64,000 nt of DNA from Hormiphora californensis (lineage: Eukaryota > Animalia > Ctenophora). A model generated the notes under the pieces. That model was not told the DNA's origin and made no database searches. It saw nothing but the letters and a program-made list of their open reading frames with translations. The stretch covers positions 2,542,001-2,606,000 of the forward strand of contig CM035362.1 in assembly GCA_020137815.1 (NCBI GenBank), written 5' to 3'. The position numbers and the translations under genes were made by a program. The first letter of the stretch is position 1; each line of letters starts with the position of its first letter. Below are positions 1-23,900 of the stretch, piece by piece.

Positions 1-850
1 AACTTTAAAGTGAGGGCCCAGTAAGGGACATGTCTGTAACTGTGAGTCTTGCTTGGAGAGAGATATTGGTATTTTTTTGCTGACTGGGCCAGTGACAGTG
101 TGTTAATTTTGTTCTATGTTCGATAACATGTCATTCAAGACCGATTATGTACGTGTCAAATTTCAATAACTTACACTATACCTATTAGGCTAAATTAATT
201 ATTGATGCTTTTCGGTGAATTAGATTATGAATACTGCCAGTTTCAGTTTTAATTCTTATCTTAATGGTATTCAGTTGAAGTTAAAGTTTAAACCAGTGGC
301 AGTTTGAAATTGGTTGTTTTTGTTTTTCAATTTGATTAAAATTGTAATGGAGCGTTTTACTTTGACTGGTAAGTCGGAAGAACCTGTCCGTTCCTCTCAT
401 GAGCGCTCATGAGTGTATCATGAGTGTGTCATGAGTGTATCATGAGTGTATCATGAGCGCTCATGAGACGTTTTTAGGTGTTTCAACGTCTCATGAGCGC
501 TCATGAGTGTATCATGAGTGTGTCATGAGTGTATCATGAGCGCTCATGAGTGCTCATGAGACCTTGCTCATGAGCGCTCATGAGACATATGTCTCATCCC
601 ATCTCTGTTTCAATGTCTCATGAGCGCTCATGAGACGTTTTGACCTACATGTGCTCATGAGTGTATCATGAGACATGTCTCATGAGACGTTAGGGTTAGG
701 GTTATGGTTGGGTTTAGGGTTGGGCTAGGGTTAGGGCTTTCCTTTAGGTCTAGGGACCCGTAGGGACAGGGTTAGGGTTGACCCATAGGCTTGGACCTAG
801 CCCTACCCTCTACGGGTCCCTAGACCTAAAGGAAAGCCCTAACCCTAGCC

Positions 851-1721
851 GGTAAGTCGGAAGAACCTGTCCGTTCCTCTCATGAGCGCTCATGAGTGTA
901 TCATGAGTGTGTCATGAGTGTATCATGAGTGTATCATGAGCGCTCATGAGACGTTTTTAGGTGTTTCAACGTCTCATGAGCGCTCATGAGTGTATCATGA
1001 GTGTGTCATGAGTGTATCATGAGCGCTCATGAGTGCTCATGAGACCTTGCTCATGAGCGCTCATGAGACATATGTCTCATCCCATCTCTGTTTCAATGCC
1101 TCATGAGCGCTCATGAGACGTTTTGACCTACATGTGCTCATGAGTGTATCATGAGACATGTCTCATGAGACATATGTCTCATGAGACGTTAGGGTTAGGG
1201 TTATGGTTGGGTTTAGGGTTGGGCTAGGGTTAGGGCTTTCCTTTAGGTCTAGGGACCCGTAGGGATAGGGTTAGGGTTGACCCATAGGCTTGGACCTAGC
1301 CCTACCCTCTACGGGTCCCTAGACCTAAAGGAAAGCCCTAACCCTAGCCCAACCCTAAACCCAACCATAACCCTAACCCTAACGTCTCATGAGACATATG
1401 TCTCATGAGACATGTGCTCATGATACACTCATGAGCACATGTAGGTCAAAACGTCTCATGAGCGCTCATGAGACATTGAAACAGAGATGGGATGAGACAT
1501 ATGTCTCATGAGCGCTCATGAGCAAGGTCTCATGAGCACTCATGAGCGCTCATGATACACTCATGACACACTCATGATACACTCATGAGCGCTCATGAGA
1601 CGTTGAAACACCTAAAAACGTCTCATGAGCGCTCATGATACACTCATGATACACTCATGACACACTCATGATACACTCATGAGCGCTCATGAGAGGAACG
1701 GACAGGTTCTTCCGACTTACC
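851..1721. mobile_element. Complete copy of the same Merlin-like element nested inside the outer copy
   Basis: Same TIRs; own 8-bp TSD CCCTAGCC (843-850 / 1722-1729); near-perfect 871-bp palindrome. Confidence 0.85.
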
Positions 1722-2052
1722 CCCTAGCCCAACCCTAAACCCAACCATAACCCTAACCCTAACGTCTCATGAGACATATGTCTCATGAGACATGTCTCAT
1801 GATACACTCATGAGCACATGTAGGTCAAAACGTCTCATGAGCGCTCATGAGACATTGAAACAGAGATGGGATGAGACATATGTCTCATGAGCGCTCATGA
1901 GCAAGGTCTCATGAGCACTCATGAGCGCTCATGATACACTCATGACACACTCATGACACACTCATGAGCGCTCATGAGACGTTGAAACACCTAAAAACGT
2001 CTCATGAGCGCTCATGATACACTCATGATACACTCATGACACACTCATGATA

Positions 2053-2446
2053 GGGTCACCACACACCAAAGTTAAAATTAAAATTAAAATTTGACGTTTT
2101 TGGTCATAACTCTGCCATTTCTTGGCAAAATTGCTTCTTTTTGGGCTCTTTTGAAAGAGGGCATCGAGCCCGTTCTGAAAAGCTCAAGAAACTTAAAATC
2201 GGTGCAGAGTGCGCAGCGTTAAGGCGCATAATGCGCACGTTAAAATTTTAAAATTTTAACGCACACATTTTGCACTGTAACGCCGCGCATTTTGCGCGGA
2301 TTTCAAGTTTTTTGAGCTGTTCAGAACGGGCTCGATGCCCTCTTTCCAACAAGCCCAAAATGAAGCAATTTTGCGAAGAAATGGCAGAGTTATGACCAAA
2401 AACGTCAAATTTTAATTTTAATTTTAACTTTGGTGTGTGGTGACCC
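2053..2446. mobile_element. Foldback MITE inserted in the right arm of the Merlin-like element
   Basis: GGGTCACCACACACCAAAGTTAAAATT...AATTTTAACTTTGGTGTGTGGTGACCC; the whole element is an imperfect palindrome; no clean TSD. Confidence 0.7.
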
Positions 2447-2711
2447 CAACACTCATGAGCGCTCATGAGAGGAACGGACAGGTTCTTCCGACTTACCCTT
2501 TGACTTGCATATGTTCCACTTGCCAAATTCCTAAGTGTACTACTAAATTTCAGTAAAACGCAAAATTATTTTTTCTTCGCTGCAAATGCTTGCCGCGCAA
2601 AATAAAGATTCATTTATTGATGCGCGTCCAAAAATCACTGCGAGTGCAGCGCGCAGCAAAGTCAAAACCTAAAATTTACACCGTTTTGTGACATTTTCAA
2701 CCCACTTAGTC

Positions 2712-4256
2712 ATGGTTAGTACGGCTTCAATCCTCGGGAAAAGAAAGCGAGTGAGTAAGAAGAATAAGAAAGCATGGAGGAAGCACACAGAGATCGGGGA
2801 TGTTGAAAAATTCCTTGAAGAGAGGCTCCGGGAGGAACGGACGGGAGGAAATCCAACAGAAAAAAGCAACAAAGACCTCTTTTACATCGACAAAACCGAC
2901 ATCTTTGAGACCACAAAAAGCAAACTTTCAAATCTCAAGTGTCACTCAGATCTTCAAGTTGACACCCGCGTCGCACCTGTAGGTGGATATTCGGGGCCGA
3001 GCAAACGGAAAAAGAAGAAGCGAAAAACATCTCTCTCGTGCGATCCACCTCCTGCTAAACCTGTCTCAGCAAAAACAGGAAAATATGACCTCTGGGGTAC
3101 TGCACCCACACACAACAAACGGCAACAGGATCCTTGTCTCCCACCACCCGTTAAACCGCCCCAACAATACAAGATATCGGATTCAAAGCTTCCCGCAGTT
3201 GAACCTCCACACCCAGGTGCCTCTTATAATCCCTCTTTTAAACAACACCAGGAGCTCCTTCAGACCGCGCTTGAGGTAGAGGAAAGAAGGGAGAAGGCCA
3301 AGATCAAAGCGACCAAAGATGCAGCTCCTCCCATCAGAATCACTGAGGAGCAATATCTGCAAGAAATGAGTATTGGTCTTAACAAGGAGGAGGAAAGTGA
3401 GAGTGAGGAGAAAGAGAAAGAAGAGGATGACGAGGAATCGTTTGCTCCTAAACCCGTGGTAGTTCAAAGGAAGACCCGGGCCCAGCGAAACAGGGAGAAG
3501 GCAGAAAAGCAAAAGGCAGCGGAATTTGCAGCTGCAAAGACTGAGAAGCAGCTAGCTAAACAGTTGAACAGAGTTAAAGCCATCAAACGAGAGATAACTG
3601 TTGAGGAACGAAAGATGGCAGCGATAACAGCAGAGAGACAGGAGAAAAAGGAGGTGAATGCCGTCCGACCAGGAAAGTATGGTCCAGGGAAGTTGATTGA
3701 AGAGCAGCCTGAGTTTCAGTTACCCGAGGAGGTGAGCAGTTCACTAAGGAAACTTGCAGTACCAACTAACAGCATCCAGGAGAGGTGAGTGTGATATATT
3801 TTTTGTTACAATTGTTTTACAATTCTAGTTGTTAAATTCTGTGGCCTGTGTGATCAATGATCAGAATACTGAATAATGGGCACATTTCCAAACTCTCGTA
3901 ATTTATAAGGCGTCCCTACTCGCTTTATCTCAATAAATATCACAAGGTCAACTGAATAGAATACTGAACTCGCCCTGAGTCCTAAATTTAACTCGTATAT
4001 CTCAAGTTTAAATAGATTACTGAACTCCCCCTCGATTCTAAATTCTAAATTTAATCCAACTTTCAGGTTCCTGAGCATGCAGAAACGAAATCTGATTGAA
4101 GTTCGGAAAAAGGTGAACCCCCACCGGAAATACAAGTTGAAAGAAGTAGAAAAATGGAGGAAAAAGTTACCCAAAGAGATTTTGGAGTTGACTAAAACTA
4201 AGCCCAAGAAGAAACAGAACAAGATGAAGAAGAAGACAATCAAAGTTACCGAGTGA
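2712..4256 (+). CDS. NOP53: Ribosome biogenesis factor NOP53 (GLTSCR2/PICT1); exons 2712-3784, 4067-4256
   Basis: KKAWRKHTEIGDVE, LFYID, YDLW, PHPGASYNP and spliced ERFLSMQKRNLIEVR motifs; GT-AG phase-2 intron; stop TGA at 4254-4256. Confidence 0.92.
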
Positions 4257-4633
4257 TTTTTAGCCAATTTTAACGTCTGTTTTTAGTGGATGGTGTTGGG
4301 GTCTAACTTATTATCTTTTAATTTTCTTAATTGAAATTGCGTCTCCTCATTTCTCTGACAACCCAATGTGCCCCCTCCTAACTTAACCTCTTACCTGCCC
4401 TCCTCCTCTCAAATAATCCCCGGCAACCCTCCACTCCTACTTTCTCCCTAGCTAAAATCTCCCGGCTTCCCCTCCCCCTCGCATTTAAACCTCACTCTAA
4501 CCTCCACTCTCTCCTCACCTCCCCCTCTCCGTAGCATGGTGGGTATGATGGAAGGCAACCTTCCTCCCTCCCAGGCCCCCCTCCCCTCACTCTAACCTCC
4601 ACCCTCACCTCACTTCCCTCCAATCTCCGTAGC

Positions 4634-15744
<11,111 letters not shown>

Positions 15745-17084
15745 AGAAGTAATTCCTGTCTGGGACGGGATACCACTGGGATTTGTGCCGTTAGTTGACA
15801 ATATAATATGGGATTAGATATTTTCAAACACTGTGGGATTGTTAGTTGCTGTGCAGCGTGTATTTAGTGATAGAGAGATTGTGCAGGGTGTTATACATTT
15901 CAATCCGGATGTTATTGATATGGTTCAATTATTTTGGGACACCCTTTATAATTGAGTACTGTAAATTAGTTAGACTCAAATGTGTTGAATTATAAAAGTA
16001 ACTGAATTGTAAAGAATATTGCAATAGTTTTTTGGTAAAGATAGAGAGAGAAAGTTTTGTTTGTATTTGTACACAGCTAATCAATTTACAGTGCTACAAT
16101 GTATACAAATTCTATTTAAGTCGTCAGTCGTCTGTAAATACTGAGGTTTAAAGCTATTATTTAGCTCTAGAAACTGTATGTTACGTGTTTTGATACCCGT
16201 TTGATACTGAATTTTTGCTTTGAAATGTTACAATTTTTCATAAATCACGGTATTATAAGACGATGAAAAGAACTGCCTATTATTTTGCTTCCCTCTCTCA
16301 ACCCCTTTGTCCGAACACGGGATACAAAAACAAAGTCCCCAGGTCCAGGATAAATCAATACCCCCAATAGACCCAACACTTTTTTAAAATATTTTCTAAC
16401 AAAAACCATGTTCCCCTTTTTAGCTAAATGTCTGCAAGTATTCCCGAAGTTTCTTGAATTGTTCATACGGACACAGTGTCAGACGACTCAAGAAGTCTCC
16501 ATCTATAACAGCGATCACTGATTGTGTGTATCAGGACCCCCTGCCCCGCCCTTCTCGCTTCAAAAAAAGAACACAAGTTGTCGGCTGAAAGCGTGTCGTC
16601 AACATTTCAGTCCGTCTAAATTGGACGGCTTACTTTCTGTACACATTTTCACCATGTATTCCACCACGCAGCGCTATGTGCCACACCCTGTCACACATTT
16701 CTGTCTCTTTCACCTCGGGCGCGCTCACCGAACGCATTTCTTGTGTCGAGAATACAACTCTTTTCGCGCGCGCCTTTAATTCTGGCATTCTGCCTGACTC
16801 GACTGCAAATCCAGTTTGACTTTGCAATTTGCTGACACAATTCTGGTTTATCTGCCCATTATGTATTATCCCAGTGGCCAGTGATAACGCTCTACCACTC
16901 TCTCTCCTTGTCAGTTTCATATTCTGTCACGTGATTGTGCAGTGAGCGACAGAATGTGTGCAGATTGTTAGATCACATGATATGAATCATATCATATGAT
17001 CGCTATTTATACCTACATCGTTAAGTAGTGTGGCAGTTATCTCTCTTGAAGTATGGTGATATTTCTTCTCTCTATCTGTGTCTC

Positions 17085-17096
17085 TCTATCTGTGTC

Positions 17097-17160
<64 letters not shown>

Positions 17161-17222
17161 CTCTCTCTCTCCCTCTCTCTCCTTCTCCCTGGCCCTCAAA
17201 TCCTCTCTCTCTCTCATTCTCT
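17085..17222. repeat. (CT)n microsatellite
   Basis: Visible dinucleotide run; similar runs at ~44700-44935 and ~46760-46905. Confidence 0.9.
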
Positions 17223-18180
17223 ATCTATATGTAACATGCATTCTCGGTGTGAGTAGCAGTTGCAGTTTCTGTAATTTAAAACTCCCTCAACAAGTCATGT
17301 GAGACGATGTGGCCTATACATTTTGTTGTACCCACCTGTGCCCTCTTGTGGGTTTAGCAAGTAAAGACCTTGTCCTGCTTAAAGTCTGATTAAATAGTTT
17401 TATATCAAGATTTTGTCAGTGTTTTATCCAAGTCATCCAAGTATACCAAAAAAAGTATAATTTTGAGCTTTTTCGCTCCCTCGTGTGCTTGTTTGTATGT
17501 GCTCTCTCTCCTATGTGCGTGTACAAACTAAGTTATCACTATGTGCTTGTACACACGATGTAGACGACACGTGTGTACTGTTATACCGGAAATACACACA
17601 CACACTCTCAGCAGTTATATTAACATTAGCTATTTTTAGAGTTGTCGCTGCTCTTCAGGGCTTGTTTACAGGTGTGTAATGTAATGCATAATGTAAATAT
17701 TGTGTGTCTTACACCGCATTATGAAATAACGACGAGCGTTGTGTGAGGGTTCGGTTGATCAATGTAAATATGTCGTACTGACAGGTCAATGTCAGTTGTC
17801 ATTTGTATTGAAGCCAGCTAACTGTTTTCAATGCGTTCTCTCTTGGCACACAGTGTTATTGTTTTTACACAGCGGCAATTACCACATCATTATCTAACTT
17901 GTAGTTTTGTTCTTTGATAACTTGTTCACCGATGAAAGTTACATTGTTAGCGATGTTTCATGTGGTTCCCATAACAATGATGAGTTTCCTGTGGTACTGA
18001 GTAGTATTACATCCATTATTTTCCCTAAGGCCCATTATATTTGCCTCCTTCTAATAAACCCACGCTGTTCTTATTACCCAGTCCACACAATGTTTCTACT
18101 CCCAATCTTTACAGTTTACCTCCTTCTAAATCCTCACTGTAAAATGATTCTATTTATAGCCATGTGAATTTCTCCGCGTC

Positions 18181-19977
18181 ATGCGGGAGAAGCGTGCCCG
18201 CCGATCTAAGAGAGATGTATTCTCAAATCTCGTGGCTGGGGCCTGTGCTGGGGCCGTAGCTAAATCTACCATTGCTCCCTTCGATCGGGCCAAGATTTTC
18301 TTCCAGGTAAAGAAAGTCTAATGATTTGATACCTTTTTTGGTATTGATTTGACAACTTATTTGGTATTGATTTGATACCTTATTTGGTATTGATTTGATA
18401 CCTTATTTGGTATTGATGTGACCCCTCTAACTCAACTCCCTCCTTAGGTATCATCAAAGCAGGAGTTCTCTTATAAGGAGTGCTTTCGTTTTCTAACGTA
18501 TACTGTCCGAGAAAGGGGCTATGGACAACTATGGAAAGGTAAATTGAACTTGTGAGATTAATAGTAGTAGCCCGCCAACACCTACTGATTTTATCTATCC
18601 CTCTCTTCACCACTAATTTTATTACATCATCCCACCAATTAATTCAATGATTCCTAACAGGTAACAGTGCCACAATGATACGGATAATGCCCTACGCTGC
18701 CATCAGCTACCTAGCCAACGAACACTATAAAGAGTATTTTAAACGGGATACAGGTTAGAAACAGTTCAAGAGCACCAGTAGTTTAAAATAGCTGGTCAAT
18801 TTTAGCCCTCCTTGGCCCTTTTTTGTGAACTCACATCTAAAGGGCTTTATCCTCTGCTATTTATTGAATTTGATTGTGTCATGTGTGTAGCTACCCCTTC
18901 TCACCAGGTCGCCTGACCCACGGCAAAAGGTTCCTAGCGGGCAGCTTGGCTGGTTTGACTGCCTCCTTTACTACGTACGCACTGGAGGTCCTCAGGGCTC
19001 GGATGGCCATTAAACCAGAGTATATTGGAATTAAACAGAGTTTAGTACACATTGTACGGACAGAGGGTGTATCAAGTCTTTATAGGTACAGTCACTTTGT
19101 TCATATTTACATGCTATTACATATGTTTTGTCATAGGCAGAGGTTGATGCGGACCTATTTTATGCAATGTTGATCTACTTTTTAGTTTTTGGTTTACTAG
19201 AATAGATCCACAAGCAAACATTTTTAACCAACCCTCTCTATTTGTTCAGGGGTATAACGCCAACACTATTGGGTGTCTCGGTCTACGGAGGGTTTAGTTT
19301 CTATGTATTTGGAACGCTCAAACAACAGCACCCTCTTAGTAAGCGTGGGGCAGCCCTGTGTAACCATGATTTATCAAAGGGGGATTATAAAGTACTGCTT
19401 GAGTAACGACCTTAAATGGGGAGGGTTACAATAAACAGGAACTGCTTGCCCCAGTTTGATTCAACTCCCATTTTTGTTTCAGGTCCAGGTGACCAGTTGA
19501 CACTGTCCTATCGAGTATTGTACGGAGCAGCGGCCGGTCTTTGTGGGCAATCCATTTCCTATCCATTAGGTAAATACATATCGACCTTCCTTCAAAGTTT
19601 AAGGAAGGTCGAGCAAGGCAAGGAAGTTCCTTGCCTTGCTCGACCCTCTCTCACCTTCGTCTTTTTATTATTTTTCCGTCGACAGATGATTTAGGATTAA
19701 ATAAATCCACATGTTTAATTTTATTTCCTTACTCGACCAACATTCTGCAGATGTTGTAAGAAGACGAATGCAAACAGGCGGACTCCACGGCGACCACCTA
19801 GAACGGTACTCAACTCTCCGTAAAACTATTACCCACATCTACACTCACGAGGGGATAAAGAAGGGACTTTACAAGGGTCTCAGTTTGAATTTTATCAAGG
19901 GACCTGTTGCAGCCAGTATTAGTTACACGGTGTTTGACTATGTGAATCATTTGTTTGTAGGAAAAGAATCCGTGTAA
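18181..19977 (+). CDS. SLC25A42: Mitochondrial carrier, SLC25A42 (CoA transporter)-like; exons ~18181-18306, 18448-18538, 18661-18753, 18908-19085, 19250-19338, 19483-19570, 19751-19977
   Basis: Three carrier repeats: AGACAGAVAKSTIAPFDRAKIFFQ, LWKGNSATMIRIMPYAAI, TYALEVLRARMA, SYPLDVVRRRMQT, GLYKGLSLNFIKGP. Confidence 0.85.
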
Positions 19978-20909
19978 TAAACCCGGTGGGATATCGTGAA
20001 ATTGTTCAAGAACAAACAAATAACTTTGCATCCTTTAGGTGCTTTTGTTACACACGAACACTACCGTTTATTAGTTGAATAGCAAGTGTTTATATCAGAG
20101 ATTGGATTATATTTTCTAATGAGACTTGGGACTATCATTGTCCAATTTTAATCAAGAGAGTGTGCTTGGGGAATGAGGTCTGTGGAAATGAGATTAAATG
20201 CGTGTGTGCAATCTCCCGCAGTTGTGTATGAACGCGACCCTTGTGTTGTAGACAGGATTGTATAGGTCAAGGTGTGCAAAGACCCTAGGCTTAGGGTAGA
20301 TAGACCGATTACATAAAACTAAGTTAACCTAATATTCCCTCCGTAATTAACTAACTCTAGGACCTTGTTTATCCCATCCCAATTCCCAATAGTGCATTAA
20401 TAGCCACTTTTCTGTTTCTATGCGAGATTTTACGTTCATCTATGTGTTTGTTGTCAGTCTTTTATACGTTAACTTATTACGCAAGAGAAACTATTTACGT
20501 GGGGGATTCCCCAATAGCATCTTGATTCTCGACAGTTACCAAACGAAGAGAAGATGGTTTTAGGTCCCTTGCTTTATGTGATGTTACTATGATTACCATA
20601 ACACTTTATAGTTGTGAGAGTTGATGATGCCCCCCTTTTTGAAAGAAATGAAGATTTTGTGTTTTGAAATTATCAAAGTTGAAACTGCCTTGGAAATTTT
20701 GATCTCTCGTGTGACTAGGAACCATAAATATACCAAATTTTAACTGAAGGCAGTTTCAACTTATAATACTTGAGAGACCGGTCTAACGAAATGGAAAGAA
20801 ATCTGTCACAAATAAAATGATACATCCAGCAATTGTCTAATTAGCAACCAGTCTAATTAAGGCAATCGAACGTCCATATAAAGTCTCTAATTGGTTATAG
20901 TGTGTTCAT

Positions 20910-23900
20910 TCATGGTTTCCTCAGGGAAATCTCGTGTCGGATCTTCACTAAATCTTCCTTGAATTCAGTGAGTCTGATGGCGTGAACTGGACCCTTGTGT
21001 GCTCCCTCTGTTACCCCAAACCATCCACTAGCTGTTTTATCGGGCTTTGCAAACTTTGAAGTGGGAATGAAGTCCACGTTCTCTTCTGAAATGTGTGTAT
21101 CCGGTTACATGGTGAGTTACACACGTGACCACAACTGTAACACACACACTGCTCATGTCCATATTTGCGTGTTGCTATGGCAATGCGCGCAAGCCACATG
21201 CTGACATTGCGCGCTTTCGTCAAAACTTTGTTTTCGCGCGTGACTTACCGGTGCCTTCCTTGGATTTGAGACTCGCCACCAGTTTCTGGCAATCGACCCG
21301 TCCGTCTGTTTTTGGACATCTGAAATGGTTAATTGGGTCTTGTTAGATCAATCACTGTTTTTTCGGATATGAGTGAGAAATTGAGATTAGAGAACTAAAA
21401 CAGTTTTTTATCCCATCACTAAATCACTTACTGTTGAATAACCGATGTCAACAGATCTGTTTTGAGAGGTAGTTTGGTTGCGATGCACACTCGATAGACC
21501 TCTGACGGTTCTAGCAACCCATTGTCCACATCTTCTAGCGCTTGATTTAGTGCTAGCAGAAGTTCATCGTAACGGTCAAAGTCAACTTTTGACAACTGAA
21601 AATAGAGGTGGTCAAGACTCAGGTCTAGCTATATTTCCACTCGATTCATGCAACTTATGAGTCTACTTCAGGAAAACCAAATTTTGAAAGTTTACCTGTT
21701 CCTTGCTGAGCCTGAGGACGAGATCATATGTGATCTTGGGATGGAGAGGGACTCCGTATACCCGGGCTATCACCATAATAGCATGTTGAGAGAGTTTCTC
21801 TTGACATGTCATTTCTAGGAACTCCCTGAAATAATTTATAGCTGGATAAATGAAGTTTGGAATAGAAATAAAACTTTAGAGTTTAGGATAAAACTAACAT
21901 GAATGGTTCAATGCCAACTTCGGTAAGGTCTGTGAATTCCTCGCTCATTTTCTCGTCTGATACCATGGTTGCAACGACCTCCATAATTCGTTCAAAGTCC
22001 GCTTCTGGGAACTGAAAATAACGTCAAGGTGTTACAAAATAACAAAATGAAAGACAAATTGTGTCCTAAAATGTAAAATAACAAAACAAGTTTCATAAGA
22101 TTTTGTTAACGTGTTTTCAACTTTACACAATCTGTAGTGTGGTAAATAAAACATAATATACACGCTATTTACAACTTGTTTAATACAATTCACAGTCTCT
22201 CTGTATCAAACTCTCCACCCGATATCACCCCCTCAATTCAGTTTTCTTCTGGTGTTCCTCTAATTTTGGAATTCTGGATTTTAGTCGTCCTGGAGATAGG
22301 AGGGTTTCAGTACTTGACCATATATTATGGTGATGGTGGGGGTGATAGTTGCCACTGGTGATGGGGGTGATGGTTGCCACTGGTGATGGGGGTGACAGTT
22401 GCCACTGGTGATGGGGGTGATAGTTGCCACTGGTGATGGGGGTGACAGTTGCCACTGGTGATGGGGGTGATAGTTGCCACTGGTGATGGGGGTGACAGTT
22501 GCCACTGGTGATGGGGGTGATGGTTGCCACTGGTGATGGGGGTGATGGTTGCCACTGGTGATGGGGGTGATGGTTGCCACTGGTGATGGGGGTGATAGTT
22601 GCCACTGGTGATGGGGTGATAGTTGCCACTGGTGATGGGGGTGATAGTTGCCACTGGTGATGGGGGTGATAGTTGTCACTGGTGATGGGGTGATAGTTGC
22701 CACTGGTGATGGGGGTGATAGTTGCCACTGGTGATGGGGGTGATAGTTGCCACTGGTGATGGGGGTGATAGTGGCCACTGGCCGTGATGGTGGGCTGTGG
22801 TCGATGATTGAACAGCTAATTCTTGTCGAAGTGATGATGACAAGAGATCAAATGACAACAATATAATGTGACAAAACAAGAAAAGTGAAAACCCCCGTGC
22901 TTGTACCTTATGGTTTTCAGCGTACGTCTTGGCGTACTCATCCGCGTCTGTAATGATGAACTGGTGGGATCGGAAGTTCACGACAGCTCCAACGAACAAA
23001 TCCTGTCGAAAATAGAGATGATATAACGGTAGCTGGTTATAACTCATATTTTAGAATCCAGTATTATATTTCGGTTTCAATTTCAATATTTGGCAACTCT
23101 ACTGTACTGCTAAATCTCTCACCTCAGCCTCGTAATATCCACCGTCCTTCTTATTGAGTCTGCTCCTCTCAATAAACTTCCCGTGAACAATACCCGAGTT
23201 TCTCTTCTCAGGCTCAAACACAGAGATAGTACCGTCGGAAAGGAAGAAGGAGATAATGAAAGTTCGGTCAATGTCAATGGGCCGGTTTGTGTCCATTCGA
23301 GCTAGATAACGGAGCACGTGGGATTCCAGACCTTGCCTGGGGATAGAGAGAGGGTATTTAAATTTTAAGAATCTACATATATATTTAGGGATAGCTCCCT
23401 GCTCCCTTTTTGATCGTATGTAGAAAAGGCCAGAGAGTGTCCTTTGAAATCCTTTCAAACAAAGGCTTGGGTCAAAACAAGAAATCACACTCACCTGTCT
23501 TTCTTCATGAATTTGATGAAGTCTCGTTTAGGGGCCTGTGCTATCAATTTGAGGCAGTTAGCCTTGGAATCCTCTTCTGATCCCCAGCCGTTATAGGGTG
23601 GGATTTCCCTTTCTTGTTTCATCTCCTCGGACATCTTGTAGACAATGGCAGGTGGCACTCCAACGTTGAACTTGCACTTGAAGTGATGGGCAGTGAATTC
23701 ATCCATGTCACAGATAGTAACCTCTCGTCCCCACACATTCACCTTGGCACCTGGAACAGAAATAATAAATCAATAAACCGGAGGGGGACTGATTGAGAAG
23801 GAAATGATGCTGGAAAGTGGTAGTACTGCACTAATATGATAAAAAGCATCCATCTTCATCAACCCACTCACCAATAGTAAGATCAGCATCAGTGTAAAAC

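Larger units (their letters stand above)
368..2497. mobile_element. Merlin-like non-autonomous foldback DNA transposon (outer copy, interrupted by two insertions)
   Basis: TIRs GGTAAGTCGGAAGAACCTGTCCGTTCC...GGAACGGACAGGTTCTTCCGACTTACC; 8-bp TSD CTTTGACT (360-367 / 2498-2505). GGNRM terminus plus 8-bp TSD fits Merlin. Arms are built of ~10-bp CTCATGAG repeats and TTAGGG-like tracts. Confidence 0.8.

Noticed and set aside
688-740. Possible telomere or chromosome-fusion site
   Set aside because: The TTAGGG-like tracts are short, degenerate and an internal part of the Merlin-like element.
22225-22778. Repetitive ORFs (ATITPITSGNYHPHHQW)
   Set aside because: Translations of a 25-bp intronic minisatellite.
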